A stretch of DNA of 64,000 bases from Thermoanaerobaculia bacterium (GTDB taxonomy: Bacteria > Acidobacteriota > Thermoanaerobaculia > Multivoradales > Multivoraceae): NCBI GenBank assembly GCA_963666565.1, contig OY762911.1, positions 2,944,001 to 3,008,000 on the forward strand. Reading direction: 5' to 3'. Positions within the stretch are counted from its first letter, which is position 1. Each line of letters begins with the position of its first letter. A program made the position numbers and the translations under genes. Below, one piece after another: positions 27,120-35,439 of the stretch. Below the pieces are notes generated by a model. The model ran no database searches and was not told the DNA's origin. It saw only the letters and a list, made by a program, of their open reading frames with translations.

Positions 27120-29623
27120 GGGTGGTGCGAACGGCCTGCGGAGGCCGACGCTTCGCGCCGGATGCCGGCGAGCACCCGGGTGGCGCGAATTCGCGCCACC
27201 GGCGAGCCAGTCCGTGCGCCCGTCAGCGGGTGCACGGATGGCACCCCGGCGCACCCAGTGTGTGGCGGGCATGCCGTTTGCGCGTTGCGGGCGTGGTCGC
27301 CGTGCTGCTGCTGGCGGCGCTTGCGGTGCTCGGCTGTGGCGGCGCCGAGTCGTCGCTTCGCTGGGTCGACTGGGCGGACGCGGCCCACCGCCAGGTCGTC
27401 GTCGACCGGGAACCCGGCCAGTACCTGGGCCACCCGACGACGGTGCTGCTCTCCGACGAGCGTTCCATCCTCACCGTCTACCCGAAGGGCCACGGCGCCG
27501 GCCCGATCGTCATGAAGCGGAGCGGCGACGGCGGGCTCACCTGGTCCGAGCGTCTGCCGACGCCGGCAAGCTGGGCGACGTCGATGGAGACGCCGACCGT
27601 CTTCCCGGTCGATCTGGCGGACGGGCGGCGGCGGCTCGTCATGTTCTCCGGGCTCTACCCGGTGCGGATGGCCCGTTCGGAGGACGAAGGCGAGACCTGG
27701 ACGGAGCTCGAGCCGATCGGCCACTTCGGCGGCGTCGTCGCGATGTCGTCGGTCGAGCGGCTGCGCAGCCTGGACGGCGAGCTGATGGCGCTCTTCCACG
27801 ACGACGGCCGGTTCTTTCGCCGGCCGACGTCCCGTTACGAGCGGATTCCAGGGTTCGAGCCCGAGTTCAAGGTCTACAAGACGATCTCGCTCGACGACGG
27901 TCTCACCTGGTCCGAACCGGAGGTCATCGCCGAGCATCCCGAGGCGCACCTCTGCGAGCCGGGGCTGATCCGCTCGCCCGACGACCGCGAGATCGCCGTG
28001 CTGCTGCGGGAGAACAGCCGCCAGTTCAACTCCTTCGTCGTCTTCTCGCCCGACGAGGGCCGCACCTGGAGCCGGCCGATCGAGTTGCCGTCCTCGCTCA
28101 CCGGCGATCGGCACGTGGGCCGCTACACGCCGGACGGGCGCCTCTTCGTCACGTTCCGCGACCAGGCGCCGTCCAGCCCGTGGCGCGGCGACTGGGTGGG
28201 CTGGCTGGGCCGCTACGAGGACCTGCGCCGCGGCAAGCGCGACCCGTGGGCCGGCGAGGCGCGGGTGCGGCTGATGGACAACACGTACGCCGCCGACACG
28301 GCGTACCCGGGCCTCGAAGTGCTGCCGGACGGCACGTTCGTGACCACGACCTACGGCCACTTCACTCCGGGGGAGGAGCCGTGGATCGCTTCGGTCCGCT
28401 TCACGACGGCGGAGCTCGACGAGGCGGCCGCCGCCGCGCCGGCCGAGGCGCCGCCGAAGCCGGTGTTGCGAGTGGGAACGAGCGGCGACTACCCGCCGTT
28501 CTCCACAGGCGAAGAGGCGGTCCGCCAAGGCTTCGACATCGAGGTGGCGCGCCGGCTCGCTTCGGATCTCGGCTACGACCTGGAGTTCCGGCCGTTCGAC
28601 TGGCCCGATCTGAGCGACGCCGTCGCCGCCGGCGACTTCGATCTCGCGATGAGCGGCGTCACCTGGCGGCCCGGCCGGGCCGCCGTGGGCTGGATGAGCC
28701 GGGCGGTCGCGGCGGGCGGTCCGTGCGTGGTCGCTTCGGCGACGGCGGCCGACCCGCCGCGCCGCGTGGCGGTCAACCGGGGCGGCATCCTGGAACGCTG
28801 GGCGAGAGAGCGATTCGCCGGCGGCGCCGCCGGGACGCCGGCGCCTGACGCGGGCCGGCGAGCCGCCCGACGAGCGGCCGGCTGGCCAGTGGAAGTGATG
28901 GCCGTGGACGACAACCTGTCGCTGCCCGGCCGTCTCGAACGCGGCGAGGTGGACGCCTTCGTCACCGATTCCTTCGAGGTCGAACACTTCGCGCGCGAGG
29001 GCTGGCGCCGGGAGTGCGAGCCGCCCGTCGATCGCAAGGTCTTCTGGGCGTCGCCGGAGCGGGCCGCCGGCCTGGGTCCCGCCATCGACCGCTGGATCCA
29101 GCGCAACGAAGGCTGGATCGAGCAGCGGCGCGAGGAGTGGTTCGGGCAGGGGCAGGGCCGCGACGAACTGGACCACCTGCTCGACCTGACGGCGAGGCGT
29201 CTCGCCTTCATGCCGCCGATCGCTGCCTGGAAGGCGGCGCGGGGCGTGCCGATCGAGGACCTGGAACGGGAGCTGGTGGTGCTGGAGGCGGCCGAGCGGA
29301 ACGCCGCGGAGTATGGGCTCGATCCAGCGCCGGTCCGCGCCTGGTTCGAACTCCAGGTCGATCTGGCCAAGGCCGTGCAGCGCCGGGCTCCGGCGGCGGC
29401 GCCCACCCTGGAACTGGACGCGATTCGGCCAGCCTTGATCCGCCTCGGCGAGCGGCAGATGCGGTCGTTGCGAGCTCTCGCCTCGGGCCTTGCCCCTGAG
29501 CTCGACGCCGCGGACCTCAAGGTGCTTGCGCCCTGGCTGCGCGCCGCGGAGGTGGAGCGGGTGCGCGTCGGGTTGCTGCGTGTGCTGGCGGAGGTCGCTA
29601 CTCGCGGTCGAGCGCCGCGATGA
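27116..29623 (+). CDS. Lipoprotein fusion: BNR/Asp-box sialidase-like domain + cyclohexadienyl dehydratase-like PBP domain + AroQ chorismate mutase
   Basis: GTG overlaps the upstream TGA; lipobox LAVLGC; four Asp boxes (SGDGGLTWS, SEDEGETWT, SLDDGLTWS, SPDEGRTWS); LRVGTSGDYPPFS..GFDIEVA; LTARRLAFMPPIAAWKAARGVPIEDLERE. Confidence 0.82.
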   Translation: MRVVRTACGGRRFAPDAGEHPGGANSRHRRASPCARQRVHGWHPGAPSVWRACRLRVAGVVAVLLLAALAVLGCGGAESSLRWVDWADAAHRQVVVDREPGQYLGHPTTVLLSDERSILTVYPKGHGAGPIVMKRSGDGGLTWSERLPTPASWATSMETPTVFPVDLADGRRRLVMFSGLYPVRMARSEDEGETWTELEPIGHFGGVVAMSSVERLRSLDGELMALFHDDGRFFRRPTSRYERIPGFEPEFKVYKTISLDDGLTWSEPEVIAEHPEAHLCEPGLIRSPDDREIAVLLRENSRQFNSFVVFSPDEGRTWSRPIELPSSLTGDRHVGRYTPDGRLFVTFRDQAPSSPWRGDWVGWLGRYEDLRRGKRDPWAGEARVRLMDNTYAADTAYPGLEVLPDGTFVTTTYGHFTPGEEPWIASVRFTTAELDEAAAAAPAEAPPKPVLRVGTSGDYPPFSTGEEAVRQGFDIEVARRLASDLGYDLEFRPFDWPDLSDAVAAGDFDLAMSGVTWRPGRAAVGWMSRAVAAGGPCVVASATAADPPRRVAVNRGGILERWARERFAGGAAGTPAPDAGRRAARRAAGWPVEVMAVDDNLSLPGRLERGEVDAFVTDSFEVEHFAREGWRRECEPPVDRKVFWASPERAAGLGPAIDRWIQRNEGWIEQRREEWFGQGQGRDELDHLLDLTARRLAFMPPIAAWKAARGVPIEDLERELVVLEAAERNAAEYGLDPAPVRAWFELQVDLAKAVQRRAPAAAPTLELDAIRPALIRLGERQMRSLRALASGLAPELDAADLKVLAPWLRAAEVERVRVGLLRVLAEVATRGRAPR
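27164..27258. repeat. REP-like element (insert variant) in frame in the lipoprotein signal n-region
   Basis: GGTGGCGCG-AATT-CGCGCCACC and TCCGTGCGCCCG-TCAG-CGGGTGCACGGA hairpins; ends CCGGCGCACCCAG. Confidence 0.85.
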
Positions 29624-30671
29624 TGCCGCGGGCCATCTGCCAGGTGGAGGATCGGCCTCCGAGATCGGGGGTGAGGCGCTCGCCCGCCTTGAGCACCGCC
29701 GTCACGGCGCGGTCGATCCGGTCCGCCTCCTCGTAGCGGTCGAAGTGCCGCAGCATGGCGATGGCCGGCGTCAGCAGCGGCAGCAGGTTCGCCTGGCCGG
29801 TGCCGATCAGGTGCGGCGCGTCGCCGTGGACGGCCTCGAAGACGTGGCAGTCGTCGCCGACGTTGATCGCGTGGCCGGTGGAGATGCCGCCGGCGAGGCC
29901 GGCGCCGAGGTTGCTCAGGATGTCGCCGTAGAGGTTCTCCATCACCATGATGTCGAAGTCGTACGGGTTCAGCACCAGGCGCATGCAGGCCGCGTCGACG
30001 ATGCAGTCGTCCACCTCGATGTCGGGGTAGTCGCCGGCGACGGACCGGACCGACTCCAGGAACAGGCCGTCGCTCTGCTTCATGATGTTCGCCTTGTGGA
30101 TCGCGGTGACCTTCTTGCGCCCGTGGCGCCGGGCGATGCGGAAGGCGTAGTCCGCGATGCGGCGGCTGGCGGCGCGGCTGACCACCTTCATGCTCTCGAC
30201 CACGCCGTCGACGATCTCGTGCTCGATGCCCCGGTAGACGCTCTCGGTGATCTCGCGGATGAGCAGCACGTCGAGGTCGGGATAGCGCGTCGCCAGCCCC
30301 GGAATCGACCGCACGGGACGCACGCTTGCCCACAGCCCCAGCATCTGCCGGAGCGCGACGTTCGGGTTCTGCGGTCCCGGCCCCACCCGCACGGCGTCGC
30401 GGCCCGGGCCGATGAGACGGGTCTTGAGCGCCACCCGGCACTCGCGGATCGCGTCGGCCGCCGGGCCCAGGACGGTCTCCGTGTTGCGCCGCACCGCGGT
30501 CGGCACGTCGACGCGGACGAAGTCGAAGTCGGCGCCGGCGGACTTCAGGATCTCGAGTACCGGCGGCGCGGTTTCGGCGCCGATGCCGATGCTGCCGACG
30601 ATCAGGGCGACCCGGGGTCGGGCCGCCGCGCTCCGGTCCGCCCCGGACGCGGCCTCGCCGTTCGCGGTCAT
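29598..30671 (-). CDS. Isocitrate/isopropylmalate dehydrogenase family protein (NAD-IDH-like)
   Basis: VTAIHKANIMK, FDIMVMENLYGDILS, FEAVHGDAP, TPDLGG. Confidence 0.9.
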   Translation of the reverse strand: MTANGEAASGADRSAAARPRVALIVGSIGIGAETAPPVLEILKSAGADFDFVRVDVPTAVRRNTETVLGPAADAIRECRVALKTRLIGPGRDAVRVGPGPQNPNVALRQMLGLWASVRPVRSIPGLATRYPDLDVLLIREITESVYRGIEHEIVDGVVESMKVVSRAASRRIADYAFRIARRHGRKKVTAIHKANIMKQSDGLFLESVRSVAGDYPDIEVDDCIVDAACMRLVLNPYDFDIMVMENLYGDILSNLGAGLAGGISTGHAINVGDDCHVFEAVHGDAPHLIGTGQANLLPLLTPAIAMLRHFDRYEEADRIDRAVTAVLKAGERLTPDLGGRSSTWQMARGIIAALDRE

Positions 30672-30832
30672 TGGGCGGCCTCCCGTTCCGCGGCCACGGC
30701 GTCGAGTTCGGCCAGCAGGGCGTCGGTCAGCTCTGACTTCCGAGGGACCCGGGCCGAGCCGCTCATTGGGCGGCCTCCCGTTCCGCGGCCACGACGTCGA
30801 GTTCGGCCAGCAGGGCGTCGGTCAGCTCTGAC
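30668..30832. repeat. 70-bp direct duplication of the upstream IDH gene 3' end, forming a 32-aa mini-ORF (30766-30668)
   Basis: 30668-30737 vs 30763-30832, 1 mismatch, 25-bp spacer. Confidence 0.9.
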
Positions 30833-31800
30833 GTATTGGCCGAGCCGCCCAGGTCGCGGGTGAGCGCCCGGCCGCCCACCAACAGGCGTTCGACGCCGGC
30901 GCGCAGGTGGGCCGCCGCCTCCGCCTCGCCGACGTAGCGAAGCATCAGTTCCGCCGACAGGATCAGCGCGATGGGATTCGCCAGGTCGCGGCCCGCGATG
31001 TCGGGCGCCGTGCCGTGGACCGCCTCGAACACCGCGCAGCCGGCGCCGTAGTTGGCGCCGGGAACGACGCCCAGGCCGCCGACCAGGCCGGCGCAGAGGT
31101 CGCTCATCAGGTCCCCGTCGAGGTTGCCCATGACCAGCATGTCGAAGCGGGTCGGGTCCGTGGCCAGTTCGAGGGCGAGGTTGTCGAGCGGCAGGTAGTC
31201 GACCTGGAAGAAGGGGTAGTTCCGTTCGCACTCGCGGGCGCAATCCAGGAACAGGTTGTCCGACAGCGGCGTGATCGACGCCTTGTGGACGATAGTCAGC
31301 CTCTTGCGGCCGTGGCTGCGCGCGTACTCGAAGGCGAACTGCATGATCCGACGGGAGGCGTCGCGGGTGACGATCCGGAGCGCCTCGACCACGCCGTCGA
31401 CAACCTCGTGCTCGCGGCCGCTGTAGAGGCCCTCCGTGTTCTCGCGCACGATGATCAGGTCGACGCCGTCGTAGCGGGCGCGGGTGGCGCCGGGCATCGA
31501 CTGGACCGGGCGCACGCACGCGAAGAGATCGAGGGACTGGCGCAGGAGCACGTTGACGCTGCGCCAGCCGCCGCCGACGGGCGTCTGCAGCGGTCCCTTG
31601 ATGGCGATCCGGTTGCGCCGGATCGAGTCGATCGCCTCGTCCGGGAGCGGCGACAGGCCCTGGTCGACCGCCGTGCTCCCGGCGATGACCGGCTCCCATT
31701 CGATCCGCCCGCCGGTGACGAAGTCGACGGCGCGCACCATCGCCTTGCTGACCTCGGGGCCGATGCCGTCGCCGGGCAGCAGGGTGATGGAGTACTTCAT
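30763..31800 (-). CDS. Isocitrate/isopropylmalate dehydrogenase family protein (NAD-IDH-like)
   Basis: ITLLPGDGIGPEV, RENTEGLYSG, FEAVHGTAPDIAG. Confidence 0.92.
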   Translation of the reverse strand: MKYSITLLPGDGIGPEVSKAMVRAVDFVTGGRIEWEPVIAGSTAVDQGLSPLPDEAIDSIRRNRIAIKGPLQTPVGGGWRSVNVLLRQSLDLFACVRPVQSMPGATRARYDGVDLIIVRENTEGLYSGREHEVVDGVVEALRIVTRDASRRIMQFAFEYARSHGRKRLTIVHKASITPLSDNLFLDCARECERNYPFFQVDYLPLDNLALELATDPTRFDMLVMGNLDGDLMSDLCAGLVGGLGVVPGANYGAGCAVFEAVHGTAPDIAGRDLANPIALILSAELMLRYVGEAEAAAHLRAGVERLLVGGRALTRDLGGSANTSELTDALLAELDVVAAEREAAQ

Positions 31801-31810
31801 GCGGCGCCCA

Positions 31811-31881
31811 CCGGGTGCGCCGGCGTCCTCGCCGGCTGCCGCCGCAGGCGGCCAGGGAGACGCGCCGGCCGCCAGGCCGGC
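31811..31881. repeat. Half REPIN-like element with a compensated REP stem, intergenic
   Basis: GGGTGC-GCCGGCG-TCCT-CGCCGGC-TGCCGCCGCAGGCGGCC...GCCGGCCGCCAGGCCGGC. Confidence 0.85.
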
Positions 31882-31905
31882 TCTACGCTGGCGGCTACTT
31901 CCATG

Positions 31906-33459
31906 CTAGGCCCCGTCGCTCACCATCGCCTCGATCAGGCAGGGACCCGGCTCGGCGAAGCCGCGTTCGAGCGCCTCCGTCAGTTCCTCGCCGGTGCGGA
32001 CCTGCACCGCGTTCATGCCGAAGCCGCGGGCCAGGTCGAGCCACTCGACCCGCGGGCTGCCCAACTCGGTCAGGTTCAGGCTCTGCGGCCCGAACTCCTC
32101 GACCCCGGCTCGCTGCAGCTCGACCTGGAGGATGCGGTACGCGTCGTTCGCGAACACCAGGTTGACGACGTCGACGCCCTCCCGGACCTGGCTCCACAGC
32201 GCCTGGATCGTGTAGAGGCCGCTGCCGTCGCCCTCCAGATTCAGGACCTTGCGGTCCGGACAGGCGATCGCGGCGCCGAGCGATGCCGGCAGGCCCATGC
32301 CGATCGCCCCGCCGTTCTCCTGGAGATAGGTGTGGGCCGGCGCGTTCATCGTGGCGGGGTAGAAGCCGGCGCCGGCGGTGATCCCCTCGTCCATCACGAT
32401 CGCCCGCTCCGGCAGGGTGGCGGCGATCGCCTGGGCGGCGGCGCGGACGCCGATCGGCCCGGTGGGCGCGGGCGGTCTCTCGACGCTCCGGGCCGGCGGT
32501 TCGTCCCCGGCGTCGAGGGCGACGGCCAGGTCGCGGACGGCGTGCCCGCTGTCCTCCGTCGGGTGGCTCAGGACGACGACGTCGACGGATTCCGGGATCA
32601 GCCGGCTGACGCCGCCCTCGTAGCCGAAGAAGGCGACCGGGTCGAGCGCGCCGGCCAGGACGACCGTATCGACGCCGCGGAAGAACTCCACCGCCTGTTC
32701 GGGAAAGTAGGGCACTCGCGGAAGCGGCGGCAGATGGTGACCGCGTTCCATGCGTCCGCAGAACGTCTCGGCGGCGAGCCGGCAACCGGTCTTCGCCTCC
32801 ACCCTGGCCGCCTCGCGCTGGGCGGCCTCGGTCAGGCCGGAGCTGCCGAGCAGCAGCATCGTTCGCTCGCCTTTCGACGTGGCGGTGCGGGCGCGCTCGA
32901 CCGCCTCCGGACCGGCCAGGGCCGCCGGCGGCGGAGTCGGCTCGACGATCGGGCCGTACGCCTCGTTCCACTGGCAGTCGGTCGGCACGATCAGCGTGGC
33001 GATCTGCCCGGGATGGTGCCGGGCGGCCGAGATGGCGTCCGCCATGTCGCGGGAGATGTGCTCGGCGGAAGCAGCGGTTCGTTGCCAGTCCGACACCGCC
33101 CGCGCCAGGCTCTCGACTTCCGTGTTGAGCGGCGGGTCGTAGTTCCGGTGCCAGGTCGGATGGTGGCCGATCACGTTGACGAGGGGAGTCCGTCCGCGGC
33201 GGGCGTTGTGCAGGTTGGCGATGCCGTTGGCGAAGCCCGGTCCGAGGTGGACCAGGGTAAGCGCCGGCTTGCCGGCCATCCGCCCGTAGCCGTCGGCGGC
33301 GCCGGTGGCCACGCCCTCGAACTGCGCGAGGACGCCGCGGACGCCGGGAATCTCGTCGAGTGCCGCGACGAGGTGGATCTCGGAGGTGCCGGGATTGGCG
33401 AAACAGACCTCGACGCCGGCGTTGGCGGCGGTCCGGAGCATGGCTTGGGCGCCGTTCAT
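31906..33459 (-). CDS. ThDP-dependent enzyme (acetolactate synthase large subunit-like / decarboxylase family)
   Basis: CFANPGTSE, FEGVATGAADGYGRM, GDGSGLYTIQALW...N ThDP motif; ATGA overlap with the Lrp gene. Confidence 0.9.
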   Translation of the reverse strand: MNGAQAMLRTAANAGVEVCFANPGTSEIHLVAALDEIPGVRGVLAQFEGVATGAADGYGRMAGKPALTLVHLGPGFANGIANLHNARRGRTPLVNVIGHHPTWHRNYDPPLNTEVESLARAVSDWQRTAASAEHISRDMADAISAARHHPGQIATLIVPTDCQWNEAYGPIVEPTPPPAALAGPEAVERARTATSKGERTMLLLGSSGLTEAAQREAARVEAKTGCRLAAETFCGRMERGHHLPPLPRVPYFPEQAVEFFRGVDTVVLAGALDPVAFFGYEGGVSRLIPESVDVVVLSHPTEDSGHAVRDLAVALDAGDEPPARSVERPPAPTGPIGVRAAAQAIAATLPERAIVMDEGITAGAGFYPATMNAPAHTYLQENGGAIGMGLPASLGAAIACPDRKVLNLEGDGSGLYTIQALWSQVREGVDVVNLVFANDAYRILQVELQRAGVEEFGPQSLNLTELGSPRVEWLDLARGFGMNAVQVRTGEELTEALERGFAEPGPCLIEAMVSDGA

Positions 33460-34022
33460 CGGGGCGGGAGGGTAGCAGGGGTTTCGTCGTTTTCGTCCCC
33501 GTAGGAGACGGCGAGGGGGAGGACGGTGGTCACCTTCACTTCGTTCAGCACGATGCTGGTGAGCACGCGATCCAGGCCCGGTATCGCCGCGAGCCGGTCG
33601 GCGAGGATGTGCTCCAGGTGGCGGTGGTTTCGGGCCACGACCTTGAGCAGGTAGTCGTGCGCGCCGGTCGTGAAGTGGCACTCGAGGACCTCCGGGATGG
33701 CACGGACCGCCTCCCGCAGGCTCTGCGACGTGCCCGGTTCGTGGTGGGTCAGGGCGACCTGGACGAAGCAGAGCAGCCCGAGATCGACCGCGTGACGGTC
33801 GAGCAGCGTGACGCGCCTCTCGATCACGCCGCGCAGCTTCAGCTTCTTCAGGCGCTTTTTCAGGCCCGAGCCGGAGAGCCCCACCCGGCGGGCCAGGTCG
33901 GCGTTGGTCCGCGAGCCGTCTTCCTGCAGAAGTTCGAGGATCGTGTAGTCGAGGTCGTCGAAGGGGCGCGCGTCGGAGAACGGTCTCTGCGGTGTCCTGC
34001 CTGCCTTGCTGCTTTCGTTCAT
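33456..34022 (-). CDS. Lrp/AsnC family transcriptional regulator
   Basis: DDLDYTILELLQEDGSRTNADLARRVGLS; PEVLECHFTTGAHDYLLKV. Confidence 0.92.
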   Translation of the reverse strand: MNESSKAGRTPQRPFSDARPFDDLDYTILELLQEDGSRTNADLARRVGLSGSGLKKRLKKLKLRGVIERRVTLLDRHAVDLGLLCFVQVALTHHEPGTSQSLREAVRAIPEVLECHFTTGAHDYLLKVVARNHRHLEHILADRLAAIPGLDRVLTSIVLNEVKVTTVLPLAVSYGDENDETPATLPPR

Positions 34023-34108
34023 GGGGGACGACTATACACCATGGAACGGCGACTGGGATCATGAATCCAACTTGTTCTACCGGATTCGTTCTGTTATCGT
34101 TCCAACCG

Positions 34109-35353
34109 ATGACTATGAGTGCAGTACGTGATACCGCTGGCCCGGTGCAGGCAGACGCTCTCCCACGTTCCGCCGGGACCCCGCTGGCCTCCCTGATCGC
34201 CCCGTGGCTGCGGGGCCGCGAGCGCTCGCTGCTGCGCCGGCTGGTGAACCAGGTGGGGCGGCCGGGCGTCGTGTCGCTGGCGGGCGGCCTGCCGGCTGTC
34301 GAACTGTTCCCCGCCGACGCCTACGCGGACGCGTTGCGGGGGCTCCTGGCCGATCCGCGCTCGCTCCAGTACGGAGCGCCGAGCGAGGATCTGGCCGGGC
34401 GCGTCGCGGAGTTGATGAAGCGCCGGGGCGTGCCCTGCCGGCCCGAGGAGATCCTGATCGCCAGCGGCGCCCAGCAGGCTCTCGACGTCGCGGTGCGGGC
34501 GTTCCTCTCCCCCGGCGACGCCGTCGCGGTCGAGCGCTTCATCTACACCGGCATCCGGGAGGCGCTGGCGCCGTTCCGCCCTAGGCTGATCGGTCTGCCG
34601 AGTTGCCTGGATCGCGGCCTGGACGTCGACGCCCTGGAACGGCGCCTGCGCGCGGGAGAGCGGCCGCGGCTGCTCTACACGATTCCGGACGCGCACAACC
34701 CGCTCGGAGTCAGTCTGACGCCTGAGGACCGCCGGCGGCTGCTTGCCCTGGCCCACGACTACGACTTCGTCATCCTGGAGGACGATCCCTACGGCCTGCT
34801 GTGCTGCGACGGGGAGTTCGAGCCGCCGCTGGCCGCGCTCGACGACCAGCGCGTGATCTACGCCGGCAGCTTCTCGAAGGTGCTGGCGCCGGGCCTGCGG
34901 CTGGGCTGGATGCGGCGGCCGCCCGCGCTGGCCGACGAATTCGCGGCGGTGAAGGAAGCCGGGGACCTGGAGTGCTCGCGGCTGACGATGCTCGCCGTCG
35001 ACCGGCTGCTCTCGGAGCTCGACTTCGAGGCGCACCTCGGGCGGCTGCGTTCGACCTACCGTCGCCGACGGGACGCCATGCTGGAGGCCCTTGCGCTCCA
35101 CCTCCCTGCCGGCTGCGCCTTCTCCGAACCGGCGGGCGGCATGTTCGTCTGGGTGGAGCTGCCGGAAGGAACCGACGGCCTGAAGCTGTTGGAACGGACG
35201 ATGGCGGAGCACGGGCTCGCCTTCGTGCCGGCCGCCGCCTTCGCCGACCGCAGCGACCGCGAGGCGCCGCGGAACGCCGCCCGCCTCAGCTTCTCGACCC
35301 TCGAGCCGGAAGCTCTGCACGAGGCGGTGGCGAACTTCGCCGCCTGCATCTGA
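34109..35353 (+). CDS. PLP-dependent aminotransferase class I/II (Aro8/LysN-like)
   Basis: SLAGGLP, GAQQALD, HNPLG, EDDPY, SFSKVLAPGLRLGW. Confidence 0.9.
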   Translation: MTMSAVRDTAGPVQADALPRSAGTPLASLIAPWLRGRERSLLRRLVNQVGRPGVVSLAGGLPAVELFPADAYADALRGLLADPRSLQYGAPSEDLAGRVAELMKRRGVPCRPEEILIASGAQQALDVAVRAFLSPGDAVAVERFIYTGIREALAPFRPRLIGLPSCLDRGLDVDALERRLRAGERPRLLYTIPDAHNPLGVSLTPEDRRRLLALAHDYDFVILEDDPYGLLCCDGEFEPPLAALDDQRVIYAGSFSKVLAPGLRLGWMRRPPALADEFAAVKEAGDLECSRLTMLAVDRLLSELDFEAHLGRLRSTYRRRRDAMLEALALHLPAGCAFSEPAGGMFVWVELPEGTDGLKLLERTMAEHGLAFVPAAAFADRSDREAPRNAARLSFSTLEPEALHEAVANFAACI

Positions 35354-35439
35354 CGCAGCGAGGCGCCGGGCGCCGAGCCCGACGAACGAACGAAGAAGCC
35401 GTTTCCGAAGAAACGACCGAAACCGAAGAGGAGAACGAC

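Noticed and set aside
28828-28888. AGTPAPDAGRRAARRAAG insert in the PBP domain as another REP copy
   Set aside because: Only a weak resemblance to the GCCGGCCTGACGGCCGGC hairpin; too degenerate to count.
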